A stretch of 64,000 nt of DNA. Origin: an uncultured Candidatus Saccharibacteria bacterium (GTDB lineage: Bacteria; Patescibacteriota; Minisyncoccia; Phycocordibacterales; UBA12088). The DNA lies in the NCBI GenBank assembly GCA_964521185.1, contig CAZFRC010000003.1:2112-66111 (forward strand). Direction: 5' to 3'. Of this stretch, positions 48,030 through 57,923 are shown in pieces. A program made the translations under genes and the position numbers. Positions within the stretch are counted from its first letter, which is position 1. The number at the start of each line of letters is the position of its first letter. The notes beneath the pieces were generated by a model. It saw only the letters and a program-made list of their open reading frames with translations, was not told the origin of the DNA and made no database searches.

Positions 48030-48191
48030 TCCGACGTAGAATCCTCTAAGCAAAAGGCCCTAGCGGTTTTGGTCATTTCTCAAGGACTTCCTGGTATCCG
48101 TTTCGGCGGATCTTGCTGGGAATATCCCAAGAGTTACTGACCGACTTTCCATCCCGTATGAAAAGTGTTGCTTAGAGGATTCTACTTCGGA
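48030..48191. ncRNA. Unidentified structured RNA or palindromic element
   Basis: Perfect 18-bp closing stem gtagaatcctctaagcaa/ttgcttagaggattctac enclosing a multibranch ggtca...tgacc core. Confidence 0.5.
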
Positions 48192-48248
48192 ACACAATGG
48201 GCTTTCTAAGCTCGTGTGTTTACGAAACACTGAATCCTATCCGGTATC

Positions 48249-49925
48249 TTACGACTCGAACTTGGTCACATCAAGAACGCGACGTACTTCGGAAAGAGAG
48301 GTGACCCCCTGTAAAGCCTTGACAACAGCATCTTGTATCATTGTGAGCGTTTTTTGTGTACGAGCAATCTCTTGAATTTCGTGTTCGCCGGACTGAGCCT
48401 CAACCGCTGCCTCAATGTCAGGATTCATTTTAATTACTTCAAACACGCCGAGACGGCCTGAGTAAGCTAGGTTTTCGTTCCCATCAATCAATGACGGCTC
48501 CCATATCACGCTTTTGTTCTCTGGAATATACGCGGGGTCACTAATACTTGATAATACTCGATTAACAAATTCTGCGTCCTTTCCTTCGAGCTTCTTTTCG
48601 ACTCGGCTTTCTTTGCGAAGAATCCGCACCAGACGTTGGGCAATAACAACATTGACTGACGACCCGATCGTTTTTGCGTTAATGCCGAGGTCAACCAAAC
48701 GAGGGAACGCTCCAGCGGCCGAATTAGTGTGGAGCGTTGAAAATACCAGGTGCCCTGTAAGCGCGGCGTTGATCGCCGTTTCTGCCACTTCAGGATCTCT
48801 AATTTCACCGATCATGATGACATCAGGGTCCTGGCGAAGGGAAGCGCGAAGTCCCTGTGCGAAGGTGTAATGTTTTTCCACTTGGGTTTGCACGATGCCC
48901 GACAAATGGTATTCGACGGGGTCTTCTATTGTGATTATTTTGATGTCTGGCGAATGGATTTTTCGAAGGAACGCGTATAGCGTGGTTGTTTTTCCTGAAC
49001 CTGTGGGGCCTGTATTTAAAATCATGCCGTTCGGCCGTTTGATCTCTGTTTCAAGCAGGTCATAGAGGCGTTTTTCAATACCAAGTTCTTCCATTGATAC
49101 GGCGATTGTCGAAGGGTCGAGGAGGCGCATGACAATTGATTCCGCGTAGTTTCCAGGAAGCACCGATGTGCGGATTTCAATATCAGAATTATCAAGACGT
49201 ACACTGAAGCGTCCGTCTTGTGCGGAGTCGTGAACGTTGAGTTTAAGTCCCGAAAGAAGTTTTATGCGGGACAGAAGGAGGTCGTGCGTCTCGCGGTCAA
49301 AAAAGAGGACATCAATTAATACGCCATCCATTCGGTATCGAAGACGGACGTTCCCTTCCTCAGGCTCGATATGAATATCGGATGCTCCAAGAGCAAAAGC
49401 ACCGGCAAGCACCGTTTCCAGTATGCGAGAAGTGCGCAGCACGCGTTTCATGCCGAGTACCTCTTCGATTGCGTGTTTTGCGTCAGTAAGCGTTTTGATT
49501 ATCGCTTTCAGGTTTCCAATTTCTTCTGCTGAAATGTCGAGAATGCCGGCTTTTGTTTCGGTGGCGAACGAAAGATCTTTGTATCGATCCCACGCACGAC
49601 TAAGTCCTTGCATGGACGTCATATACAAAACCGGTTCATATCCGCGCGCCGCCAGGTCGTCTACAACCTCTTTTACTTCGGCGGTCTGGGGACTTTTTAC
49701 CGCAACAGAAACTTTTTTGTTAATACGCGCAAATACCGCCACAAGGGCCGCGCGAGCATTTGCTTCAGACACAAGGCGAAGCGCGTCGGTGTCAATAGAA
49801 TGCTGTGTAAGGTCTACATACCCAATCCCATACTTTTGAGACAATATACGGGCCAGCTCCTCCTCCTCTTTCTTTTTGAGAAATTCAATTTGCTGATTTT
49901 GTTTGTCTTCTTTAAAAATAGGCAT
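48249..49925 (-). CDS. GspE/PilB type IV pilus assembly ATPase
   Basis: ASDIHIEP, QDGRF, GPTGSGKTTTLY, TIEDPVE, LRQDPDVIMIGEIRD; start at MPIFKE. Confidence 0.93.
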   Translation of the reverse strand: MPIFKEDKQNQQIEFLKKKEEEELARILSQKYGIGYVDLTQHSIDTDALRLVSEANARAALVAVFARINKKVSVAVKSPQTAEVKEVVDDLAARGYEPVLYMTSMQGLSRAWDRYKDLSFATETKAGILDISAEEIGNLKAIIKTLTDAKHAIEEVLGMKRVLRTSRILETVLAGAFALGASDIHIEPEEGNVRLRYRMDGVLIDVLFFDRETHDLLLSRIKLLSGLKLNVHDSAQDGRFSVRLDNSDIEIRTSVLPGNYAESIVMRLLDPSTIAVSMEELGIEKRLYDLLETEIKRPNGMILNTGPTGSGKTTTLYAFLRKIHSPDIKIITIEDPVEYHLSGIVQTQVEKHYTFAQGLRASLRQDPDVIMIGEIRDPEVAETAINAALTGHLVFSTLHTNSAAGAFPRLVDLGINAKTIGSSVNVVIAQRLVRILRKESRVEKKLEGKDAEFVNRVLSSISDPAYIPENKSVIWEPSLIDGNENLAYSGRLGVFEVIKMNPDIEAAVEAQSGEHEIQEIARTQKTLTMIQDAVVKALQGVTSLSEVRRVLDVTKFES

Positions 49926-50040
49926 AATAGCATGATACCGTTTCTCGCATGTTTTCGGAACGGTCTGGGGTGGGCGGGTTAAAATTCTTTTTATTTCGCA
50001 GGATGTATATCGGTTTGAGAGAGAGGTATACAATGGCGTT

Positions 50041-50478
50041 ATGGGTACCATATCCCTTGATGATTTGAATGAAGTAAGTGCTCGCATAGTAGAGAGCCTT
50101 CCGAAAGGATCAGCAAAGGCCGTGTGTCTTGCTCTTGTGGGAGATTTAGGGAGCGGAAAAACCACCCTCACGCAGCACATTGCCAGACATCTGGGTGTCA
50201 CCGTTCCGCTCCCTAGCCCCACCTTCCTCCTTCTTAGGAGTTACGAAATTCCCAACGAATTTTTTAATAAACTTATACACATCGACGCGTATCGAATTGA
50301 AGACAATAAAGAGCTCCAGCGGATTGGTTTTACCGAGTTAGCGCAAAGACCAAAAACGCTTATTGTGGTTGAGTGGGCGGACCGAGTTTCGGACACCATT
50401 CCAAAAGACGCTTTCTGGCTCCAGCTTTCTCACAGAGACAACGATACACGATATATTGAAGCACCATGGCTCGAATAA
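50041..50478 (+). CDS. tsaE: tRNA t6A biosynthesis ATPase TsaE
   Basis: GDLGSGKTT, SPTF, HIDAYRI, VEWA. Confidence 0.94.
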   Translation: MGTISLDDLNEVSARIVESLPKGSAKAVCLALVGDLGSGKTTLTQHIARHLGVTVPLPSPTFLLLRSYEIPNEFFNKLIHIDAYRIEDNKELQRIGFTELAQRPKTLIVVEWADRVSDTIPKDAFWLQLSHRDNDTRYIEAPWLE

Positions 50479-52880
50479 AATCAGAACCCCAATCAAACAG
50501 TCGAAAGAATGCGGCGCGAGAACGTCTGGTTCTTTTGGATGCACATGCAATTTTACACCGTGCGTATCATGCGCTTCCTGAATTTACCTCGCCTAAAGGT
50601 GAGCCAACCGGAGCATTGTTTGGTCTTTCCACCATGCTTATGCGTATTGTGGAAGATTTGCATCCCACGTACCTCGTTGCCTGTTTTGATCTCCCCAAAC
50701 CAACCTATCGGCACGCCGTGTACAAAGCATACAAGGCAAAGCGGCCAAGGCTCGACGAAGCTCTTGTTGCGCAAATTACCCGTTCTCGCGACGTCTTTGC
50801 CGCCTTTTCCATTCCTATCTATGAATGTGAGGGGTTTGAGGCGGATGATATATTAGGGACTATTGTTACCGATCTTGCTAAAAAACCAGTTGACATTGTT
50901 ATAGCGTCGGGCGATATGGATACCCTCCAGCTGGTTCGCGGGGCCACGGTGCAGGTATATACCCTTAAAAAAGGCCTTACAGATACGGTGATGTATGACG
51001 AGGCAGGGGTTGTTGCTCGGTTTGGATTTCCACCAAACCTTCTTCCTGACTACAAAGGGCTTCGGGGCGATCCGTCCGACAACATTATCGGTGTTCCAGG
51101 CATTGGAGAAAAAACCGCCACAGAATTGATTAAAGAATTTGGCACTATTGAGTCGATGTATGAAGCCTTAAAAAAACATCCAGAAAAACTTATTAAAAAG
51201 GGAATCAAGCCCCGCATCATCGAGATCCTTCGTGAACACGAAGAAAGCGCTTTGTTTTCAAAAGAACTTGCAACAATACGCAGAGACGCCCCAATTCATT
51301 TTGTATTTCCTCCAGCCCTTGCCGCCAAAGACAACACAGAGACGCTTCGAGCGCTATTTCAAGAGCTTGGCTTCCGATCACTCATGGAGCGGGCAAAAAA
51401 TGTGTTTGGGAATAAAGACGGGGGGCATAAGCATACAGTCACTGAAATAGTAGGTCCTTATGAAATGCCTATAGACCGGCAGATGTTTCGTGAATTACAG
51501 GTTGCCACATGGCTTCTTAATTCCGAACTCACCGACCCATCTCTTGATGACATTAAAAAAACAGCAGGAACAGAGGATCCTCTTAAAGCCAAAACCATCC
51601 TTGAAGAGCGTCTTCAGAAAGAAGGATTATACCGAATATATCGGGAAATAGAACTCCCGCTTCTCCCTGTCATGGATCGCATGAAAGAGCGTGGAGTACT
51701 CATTGACGTGTCGTATTTAAAAACGCTTGCCGCTCAGTATCGAAGAACACTCGAAACGCTCGAGCAACAAATTACGGCGATGGCAGGCACCACCTTTAAC
51801 ATAAACTCGCCGCGCCAACTTGGGGAGGTGTTGTTCGACAAACTCGGCCTTTCGACGAAGGGTCAGAAAAAAACCTCAACCGGAATGCTTTCAACTCGGG
51901 AGTCGGAACTCCTTAAGCTTCGCGGCGCACACCCGATCGTCGACCTTATTTTTTCGTACAGGGAATTGCAAAAGCTTCTTTCGACATATATTGAAACCAT
52001 CCCTACTATGGTTGACGTCGATAACCGGTTGCACGCCGATTTCACTCCGACAGGAACCACCACGGGACGCATGTCATCGCAAAATCCGAATCTCCAAAAT
52101 ATTCCCATTCGAACAGATCTCGGCAGGAGAATTCGAGAAGGTTTCGTGGCCCCTTTGGGATTTGTGCTTGTTGCGCTTGATTATTCGCAGATTGAGCTTC
52201 GTATTGCCGCAATTCTTTCACGAGACGAAAAACTCATTCAGATTTTTCAAGGCGGGGGAGATATTCATCGTGCGGTGGCTGCCGAGGTGTTTGGAGTCCC
52301 TCCCGAAATGGTAGATGCCGAAATGCGCCGCCGAGCAAAAATAATAAATTTCGGGATTCTCTATGGTATGGGAGTGAATGCGCTTCGAGAAAATCTGGGA
52401 ACGACAAGGAGCGAGGCGCAACAATTTTACGACGAATACTTTAAAAATTTTTCTGGATTAGCAAGATATTTGGAACACACCAAACGCGAAGCGTCTCGAC
52501 TGGGTTATACCAGCACCCTGTTTGGAAGAAAACGCCACTTTCCCGGCATTCGCTCACCGATACCCTATATTCGCGCACAAGCGGAACGCATGGCTATCAA
52601 TGCTCCTATACAAGGGACACAGGCTGATATCATTAAACGCGCAATGATTGATATCGATACTCTGTTTCAAAAGGAGAAAGGAAACGCATACCTTTTGCTT
52701 CAGGTTCATGATGAGCTGGTGTTTGAGGCGGATTCGTCACACGCCGATCGTTTGGCTGGTGCGGCGAAGCGCATCATGGAATCAGTGCTTTCGGATGACG
52801 AACGACAGGGCGTTCCCATAATTGCGGAAGTTTCAAAAGGGACGACATGGGGAAATATGGAGAAAACATCACGGACATGA
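50466..52880 (+). CDS. polA: DNA polymerase I (5'-3' exonuclease plus polymerase; proofreading domain reduced)
   Basis: RAYHALP, EADD, GDPSDNI.GV.GIGEKTA, DYSQIELR, NFGILYG, QVHDEL. Confidence 0.96.
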   Translation: MARIKSEPQSNSRKNAARERLVLLDAHAILHRAYHALPEFTSPKGEPTGALFGLSTMLMRIVEDLHPTYLVACFDLPKPTYRHAVYKAYKAKRPRLDEALVAQITRSRDVFAAFSIPIYECEGFEADDILGTIVTDLAKKPVDIVIASGDMDTLQLVRGATVQVYTLKKGLTDTVMYDEAGVVARFGFPPNLLPDYKGLRGDPSDNIIGVPGIGEKTATELIKEFGTIESMYEALKKHPEKLIKKGIKPRIIEILREHEESALFSKELATIRRDAPIHFVFPPALAAKDNTETLRALFQELGFRSLMERAKNVFGNKDGGHKHTVTEIVGPYEMPIDRQMFRELQVATWLLNSELTDPSLDDIKKTAGTEDPLKAKTILEERLQKEGLYRIYREIELPLLPVMDRMKERGVLIDVSYLKTLAAQYRRTLETLEQQITAMAGTTFNINSPRQLGEVLFDKLGLSTKGQKKTSTGMLSTRESELLKLRGAHPIVDLIFSYRELQKLLSTYIETIPTMVDVDNRLHADFTPTGTTTGRMSSQNPNLQNIPIRTDLGRRIREGFVAPLGFVLVALDYSQIELRIAAILSRDEKLIQIFQGGGDIHRAVAAEVFGVPPEMVDAEMRRRAKIINFGILYGMGVNALRENLGTTRSEAQQFYDEYFKNFSGLARYLEHTKREASRLGYTSTLFGRKRHFPGIRSPIPYIRAQAERMAINAPIQGTQADIIKRAMIDIDTLFQKEKGNAYLLLQVHDELVFEADSSHADRLAGAAKRIMESVLSDDERQGVPIIAEVSKGTTWGNMEKTSRT

Positions 52881-53584
52881 TCTATCTTATTCTTGGCACC
52901 GATCGGACTAAAGCATTACAAGAGGCACACCGTCTGTCGCGTAAGCTTGCGGACGAATATCGTGCCACCCACGTGCTTCGTTTTGACGGAGAAGGCGCGA
53001 TTCGCGATGAAATTGAAAGACTGCCCCTCGCACAAGGTTTATTCGAGGCGCGTCTCGTTGTCATCATGGACCGTCTCGGGGCCAATGACGAATACCATTC
53101 ATGGATTATCCCTCTCGTTGAGGATCTTGCGAGTTCTTCCAATATGTTTGTGGTAATCGAGGAAGCCCTTTCAAGGCCGCTTGAGTTGCTTGAAACAAAA
53201 GCCGAAAAAACATACCGATTTGATGTTTCTCTATCGAAAACAGATTCGTTCAACATATTTGAGCTGTCGGATGCTTTTGGCGCGCGCGACAAAAAAAAGC
53301 TATGGGTGTTGTATCAAAAAGCACTTCGCCGCCATCTGTCTCCCGAAGAAATACACGGAACGCTTTCGTGGCAATCAAGAATGATGCTTGGGGCGAGCGT
53401 GGGAACGAGTGCAGAGGAGGTCGGGCAAAAGCCTTTCGTATTTAGCAAGGCGACACGTTACCAAAAAAAATACCCAAATAACACTCCCCATATTGCGAAA
53501 TCTCTCGTGAAGATTTTTCACGAAGCAAGGAGGGGGAGATTTGACCTCGATCTTGCTCTCGAACACTTTATATTGTCGTTGTGA
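52877..53584 (+). CDS. holA: DNA polymerase III delta subunit-like protein
   Basis: MIYLILG.D, GLF...LV, FNIFELSDAF..RD, LEHFIL; follows polA. Confidence 0.7.
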   Translation: MIYLILGTDRTKALQEAHRLSRKLADEYRATHVLRFDGEGAIRDEIERLPLAQGLFEARLVVIMDRLGANDEYHSWIIPLVEDLASSSNMFVVIEEALSRPLELLETKAEKTYRFDVSLSKTDSFNIFELSDAFGARDKKKLWVLYQKALRRHLSPEEIHGTLSWQSRMMLGASVGTSAEEVGQKPFVFSKATRYQKKYPNNTPHIAKSLVKIFHEARRGRFDLDLALEHFILSL

Positions 53585-53678
53585 TGTCTGTGTGTCCAGT
53601 ATTCTTGAAATAGCGCGAACTGTTTTCACCGCCGAGCGAAGCGAGGCGGCTACCTCCGGCTTGCGTTTTACTGAAGTG

Positions 53679-53751
53679 TCCGCCCAGAAGGACTTGAACC
53701 TTCGACCGTCTCCTTAAAAGGGAGCTGCTCTACCAACTGAGCTATGGGCGG
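53679..53751 (-). tRNA. tRNA-Lys(TTT)
   Basis: ccgccca acceptor, tagctcagttggtagagc, anticodon loop cttttaa, T-loop ttcaagt. Confidence 0.93.
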
Positions 53752-53776
53752 ATGAATGGAGGCACTATACCGTTTT

Positions 53777-54154
53777 TTATAGCGACAGGTCAAAAGCGAA
53801 ATGCCCAGCACCGGTTACTAAGAGTGAAAGGTATATCGCTCCAGCAAGGATATAAAACGCAGCAGGGAATTGAATAATTTCTGGATGGCGGCGGCCCATT
53901 ATGGAAATCCATCCGATTTCCAAAAGTCCAAGGAGTGCCCCAAGCTGGGTATAGTAGCCAAAAAGGATTGAAAGTCCAACTAAGGTTTGGATCAAAGCCA
54001 TGCCGTACATCAGGTATCCCCCATGTGTCCGCGCTCCTCGTGCATACACGACACTTCCTGATAAGAGGAATAATCCAAGTGGAACCCGAAGGATGAAAGG
54101 CGCCACATGCTCAAGAAACAGAAGACTTTCAAAAGGATTAAGCGGCGTGAACAT
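53777..54154 (-). CDS. DoxX family membrane protein
   Basis: ILR..LG..L, G...G.YTQ.GAL, GAG.FAFD. Confidence 0.75.
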   Translation of the reverse strand: MFTPLNPFESLLFLEHVAPFILRVPLGLFLLSGSVVYARGARTHGGYLMYGMALIQTLVGLSILFGYYTQLGALLGLLEIGWISIMGRRHPEIIQFPAAFYILAGAIYLSLLVTGAGHFAFDLSL

Positions 54155-54186
54155 AAAAGTAGTATATCATTTGGGTACGTGTTTCT

Positions 54187-54657
54187 ATGCACACAGTATT
54201 CCTCGTACTCGAAAACGTTAGAAGTGCTGAAAATGTTGGCAGTATTTTTCGTACGGCCGATGGTTTTGGTGTACAAAAAATATACCTAGTGGGATATACC
54301 CCATCCCCAATAGACCGTTTTGGCCGCAAGCGAAAAGATATTCAAAAAACGGCGCTCGGCGCAGAGGAAAGTGTTGCTTATGAATCGGTAGAAACGATCG
54401 GGGAACTACTCTCGCGATTTAAACAGAAAGGAATTTCAGTCGTAAGCGTCGAACAGTCAGGCACATCGATAATGCTTCGCGATTTCATTCCACAATTTCC
54501 GCTCGCGCTTATTCTTGGAAATGAGGTGCATGGAGTTTCGGGAATTGCGCTCGAACAGTCTGATAGCGTTGTTGAAATTCCAATGGGCGGATCAAAAGAG
54601 TCGTTTAACGTTGGGGTTGCGGCAGCGCTTGTTCTCTATCATGTCAACACCTTTTGA
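54187..54657 (+). CDS. TrmH/SpoU family RNA methyltransferase
   Basis: LENVRSAENVGSIFRTAD, GNEVHG, IPMGGSKESFNV. Confidence 0.92.
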   Translation: MHTVFLVLENVRSAENVGSIFRTADGFGVQKIYLVGYTPSPIDRFGRKRKDIQKTALGAEESVAYESVETIGELLSRFKQKGISVVSVEQSGTSIMLRDFIPQFPLALILGNEVHGVSGIALEQSDSVVEIPMGGSKESFNVGVAAALVLYHVNTF

Positions 54658-55557
54658 CTAATACGAAGCCCTGTCCACTACGACACCGGTTGGATCAATA
54701 AGCTCAAGATATTCTCGCCGATCTCTCCACAGAGGAGACTCCCTTGCAAGATACACACGCCACTCGTTTTTGTAAAAATCAGCGTCATTTTTGTGGGCGG
54801 TAATGCATCCGTTGTAATGAATGCGGGTATCAAGAAATTGTTGGCATGCGCGCGAATAGGATGGAGCGAGAGGTTTTGTGACAATCTGACACTGGGGTTG
54901 TTTTTGCACAAGATCAATACAGGCGTCTCCATATGTTCGAATTAATTCAGGGGTAATGTTTCCAAGTTCATCTCTTGGTTTTGGGCACTGACGTGGCAGT
55001 GATGGAGAAAAATCTTGAAATTGCTCAAAATACCCGGTGCATTTATTAAGACGGAATGATTCGCCAATCGGGGATCGTCCCGTCACGATAATAGCCTTTC
55101 CCCCCGGGGGAAGACTGAAAGGTTGGCGCGCGTTTACTGTTCCGATAAAGGGAAGCTCAACTGCTTCAGGAAGCGAAACGCCTTCTCCAGATACCGCTGA
55201 TCGAATGTACCAGTTGGTGAGCACCACTGATTCAGAATTATTTTTGTCTGCTTCAATCACAAGATATTCAGTCCCTACATTTGACCGCCGCCCCTCCGAG
55301 ACATTCTGAAAGCGAATTATGGGACGCATAGAAGGTCTGATCGGCGTTTTTGGAGACTGCGTATCGTCTGTCGAAGAAGACTTTACTTGAGAAACAAGAG
55401 TTCTCTCTGAAGGAGTTTTGAGAATACTGCTTGAAAGCGAGGGAGTGTCCTCGGGAAGCCCTATCCACGAAAGGATGAGCACGATCGCAACCAGAATGAT
55501 GAACGGGAGGTCCGATCCTCCCGATGACTTCGATCCTTCAGCCATAGATAGCATCAA
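54658..55557 (-). CDS. Membrane-anchored Cys-containing hypothetical protein
   Basis: TM, EY..I.A...N motif, SFRLNKCTGY, several paired Cys. Confidence 0.7.
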   Translation of the reverse strand: MMLSMAEGSKSSGGSDLPFIILVAIVLILSWIGLPEDTPSLSSSILKTPSERTLVSQVKSSSTDDTQSPKTPIRPSMRPIIRFQNVSEGRRSNVGTEYLVIEADKNNSESVVLTNWYIRSAVSGEGVSLPEAVELPFIGTVNARQPFSLPPGGKAIIVTGRSPIGESFRLNKCTGYFEQFQDFSPSLPRQCPKPRDELGNITPELIRTYGDACIDLVQKQPQCQIVTKPLAPSYSRACQQFLDTRIHYNGCITAHKNDADFYKNEWRVYLARESPLWRDRREYLELIDPTGVVVDRASY

Positions 55558-55565
55558 TCATAGGA

Positions 55566-56840
55566 CTACTTTATGCTCGCGTGAAGTACCTCTAATTCTT
55601 CACGTGCAACATCAGCATCGCTCCATGGTATCTTTGAATTTTGAGGCCCCATGATATAGGGGTCGGTTCCTTTTCCAGTGATAAGCACGGCAGATTTTGC
55701 TTCGGCGTACGAAAGGGCAGTACGAATTGCGGTTCGGCGATCAAGGATGATTTCAGGTTTTTTTTCACTCATACCTCCCGCCATTTCTAAAAGTATGGCG
55801 TTCGGATCTTCGTCGTAAGGATCTTCGTTCGTCAAAATCACTCGATCGCAATAACGTTCCGCAATGCGCGCCATTTCAGGTCTTTTCCACTTGTCACGTC
55901 CGCCTCCGGTGTTTCCAAGAACACAAATCTTCTGGTGATTTGGAAACGCTTGGTATAGCTTTTCAAGCGAATCAGGAGTGTGTGCGTAATCAACCACAAC
56001 GCGATATTTCTGTCCGACTTCAATATATTGCACACGTCCAGGAATACCGGGAATTTTCTGAATAGCACGGCTAATTGTGTCTGGAGAAATTCCAAGTGCG
56101 CGAGCAGTCTTCCACGCCGCCATGATATTCATAATGTTGAACAATCCGACAAGATGCGATTGCAGAGTTTTTCCCTCCACCGTCATTAATGTTCCACGAT
56201 CATTTGAGGCATAAGGCGCGGCTTCAGCTAACGAGAAGGGTATGGGAGCAATTCCATGTGGCACACTGAGAAACAGTGCACCATGAACATCATCTTGGTT
56301 TGCGATCATGTATCGGAAGCGTTTCCGAGATGATTCAAGCGATTTCTTCAGTTCCAATTTTGCCGCAAGGTAATTTTCAAATGATCCGTGAGATTCAATG
56401 TGTTCGGGGCTTATGTTTGTGAATACCAAAGCATCGAGCTCTATGTGTCGATGTCGGGATTGTACAACTCCCTCAGACGACATTTCAATGACGGCATGCG
56501 TACAACCCTCCGTAACTGCTTTTCGGAGGAAGCGTTCTATAAAGAATCGTCCGGGCATGGTCATTTTAAAGAGGTTTCGTTCCTCAGTATTACCCCTAAC
56601 AAAATGAATCGTATTTAGTAGCGCCACAGAGTAACCCGCCTCACGAAGTATTGCAGCAATGAGTTCAGTGGTGGTTGTTTTACCTTTAGTTCCTGTGACA
56701 CCGATCACTACCAGCTTGCGCGAGGGAAAACGGTATCGCACGGCTCCAATATCGGAAAGTATACGATGGTACAAAGGTCGAATTGCGTTTCCGAACCGAT
56801 TTGGAACGATGCGCCGAATGAAGGAGAATAAATGCTCCAT
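55566..56840 (-). CDS. murE: UDP-MurNAc-tripeptide synthetase
   Basis: GVTGTKGKTTT, EMSSEG, TN.SPEH, VDYAHTPD, RD..KRP.M, GKG. Confidence 0.9.
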   Translation of the reverse strand: MEHLFSFIRRIVPNRFGNAIRPLYHRILSDIGAVRYRFPSRKLVVIGVTGTKGKTTTTELIAAILREAGYSVALLNTIHFVRGNTEERNLFKMTMPGRFFIERFLRKAVTEGCTHAVIEMSSEGVVQSRHRHIELDALVFTNISPEHIESHGSFENYLAAKLELKKSLESSRKRFRYMIANQDDVHGALFLSVPHGIAPIPFSLAEAAPYASNDRGTLMTVEGKTLQSHLVGLFNIMNIMAAWKTARALGISPDTISRAIQKIPGIPGRVQYIEVGQKYRVVVDYAHTPDSLEKLYQAFPNHQKICVLGNTGGGRDKWKRPEMARIAERYCDRVILTNEDPYDEDPNAILLEMAGGMSEKKPEIILDRRTAIRTALSYAEAKSAVLITGKGTDPYIMGPQNSKIPWSDADVAREELEVLHASIK

Positions 56841-56847
56841 ACGTATC

Positions 56848-57429
56848 TTACGCTTTACTTAAAATACGAAGTGCCGCCTTAATGCGTTCGTTTGATCCCA
56901 CCACGCCGGAAGGCACGTGTTTCAACGCTTCACGACTTTCGGAAGGCGAGTACCCAAGAGTTTTCAGCGCTTCAATTACGTCAGCTTCTTCTGCAAGGAG
57001 GTCGTCTGAAGCAGCAACGCCGAAGGAACTTACTTTTTCTTGAAGCTCAACTACGATTTTTTCTGCGGTTCGTTTGCCAATACCGGACACGCTGGTCAGA
57101 TAGGCAGCATTTTTCGATGCAATCGCGCGCGCGAGAGTTTCTATGTCAGAGATGTTTAAGATTGCCAGGGCCGATTTTGGTCCAATGCCCGATACCGTGA
57201 GCAGCAGGCGAAAAAAACTGCGCTCTCGAATACTCTCAAACCCGTACAGTTCAAACGCATCCTCTCGTACTGCCAAATGAGTGTATAAGGACACTTCCTT
57301 TCCGCGCCCCAATGACAAAGAGTGCAGGGTGTTGGAAGAAACAGCCACGTCATATCCCACGCCGTGCACATCAAGGAGGGCATGGGTTCCGGTGGTTGCT
57401 TCGAGTGTTCCTCTTAAAAAACCAATCAT
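56848..57429 (-). CDS. ruvA: Holliday junction binding protein RuvA
   Basis: DVHGVGY, VREDA..LYGF, VSGIGPK.AL, GIGKRTAEKI. Confidence 0.96.
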   Translation of the reverse strand: MIGFLRGTLEATTGTHALLDVHGVGYDVAVSSNTLHSLSLGRGKEVSLYTHLAVREDAFELYGFESIRERSFFRLLLTVSGIGPKSALAILNISDIETLARAIASKNAAYLTSVSGIGKRTAEKIVVELQEKVSSFGVAASDDLLAEEADVIEALKTLGYSPSESREALKHVPSGVVGSNERIKAALRILSKA

Positions 57430-57504
57430 ATTTTAATCATACTCCAGATGGAACTGTTTTTCGAAGTTGCGTTTTTTTAAAAATACGGTACTATCCCTTT
57501 TGTT

Positions 57505-57759
57505 ATGCCAATCACATCATCGGCAAAAAAAGCGTTGCGAGCCTCCTTCAAGAAAAGAGCGTTTAATCTTCGTCGTAAGAGCACGATGCAACAGCGCATG
57601 AAGGCAGTCGAAAGGGAATCGTCGGAAGGGAAAAAAGAAGCAGCGGCAGAGGCAGTTCGGTTTGCGTATAAAGCAATCGACAAAGCAGTAAAAAGAGGAC
57701 TTATCAAAAAGAATACTGCCGCAAGAAAAAAATCTCGAATGGCGCGACTTTTGAAATAG
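57505..57759 (+). CDS. rpsT: 30S ribosomal protein S20
   Basis: MPITSSAKKALR, IDKAVKRG.IKKNTAARKKSR. Confidence 0.96.
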   Translation: MPITSSAKKALRASFKKRAFNLRRKSTMQQRMKAVERESSEGKKEAAAEAVRFAYKAIDKAVKRGLIKKNTAARKKSRMARLLK

Positions 57760-57774
57760 GATTTTTTCTCTTTG

Positions 57775-57846
57775 TCCCCTCGGCAGGAATCGAACCTGCA
57801 TTACGAGATCCGCAATCTCGCGTTCTATCCATTGAACTACGAGGGG
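57775..57846 (-). tRNA. tRNA-Arg(GCG)
   Basis: cccctcg acceptor; cgaga-ttgcgga-tctcg; gcagg-ttcgatt-cctgc. Confidence 0.92.
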
Positions 57847-57923
57847 ATGAAGTGCGTCTGTATGACCGCCTTCGAATGACAATCTAACAGAGGAGGGCGA
57901 ATTGCGCCAGAACGATGACCAGC

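Noticed and set aside
48130-48165. Hammerhead ribozyme core (ctgaccga...gaaa)
   Set aside because: Does not match CUGANGA spacing, and stems I/III could not be built.
53629-53649. ccgccgagcgaagcgaggcgg palindrome as a REP element
   Set aside because: Only one copy noticed in the window; adequately explained as a terminator-like hairpin between convergent holA and tRNA-Lys.
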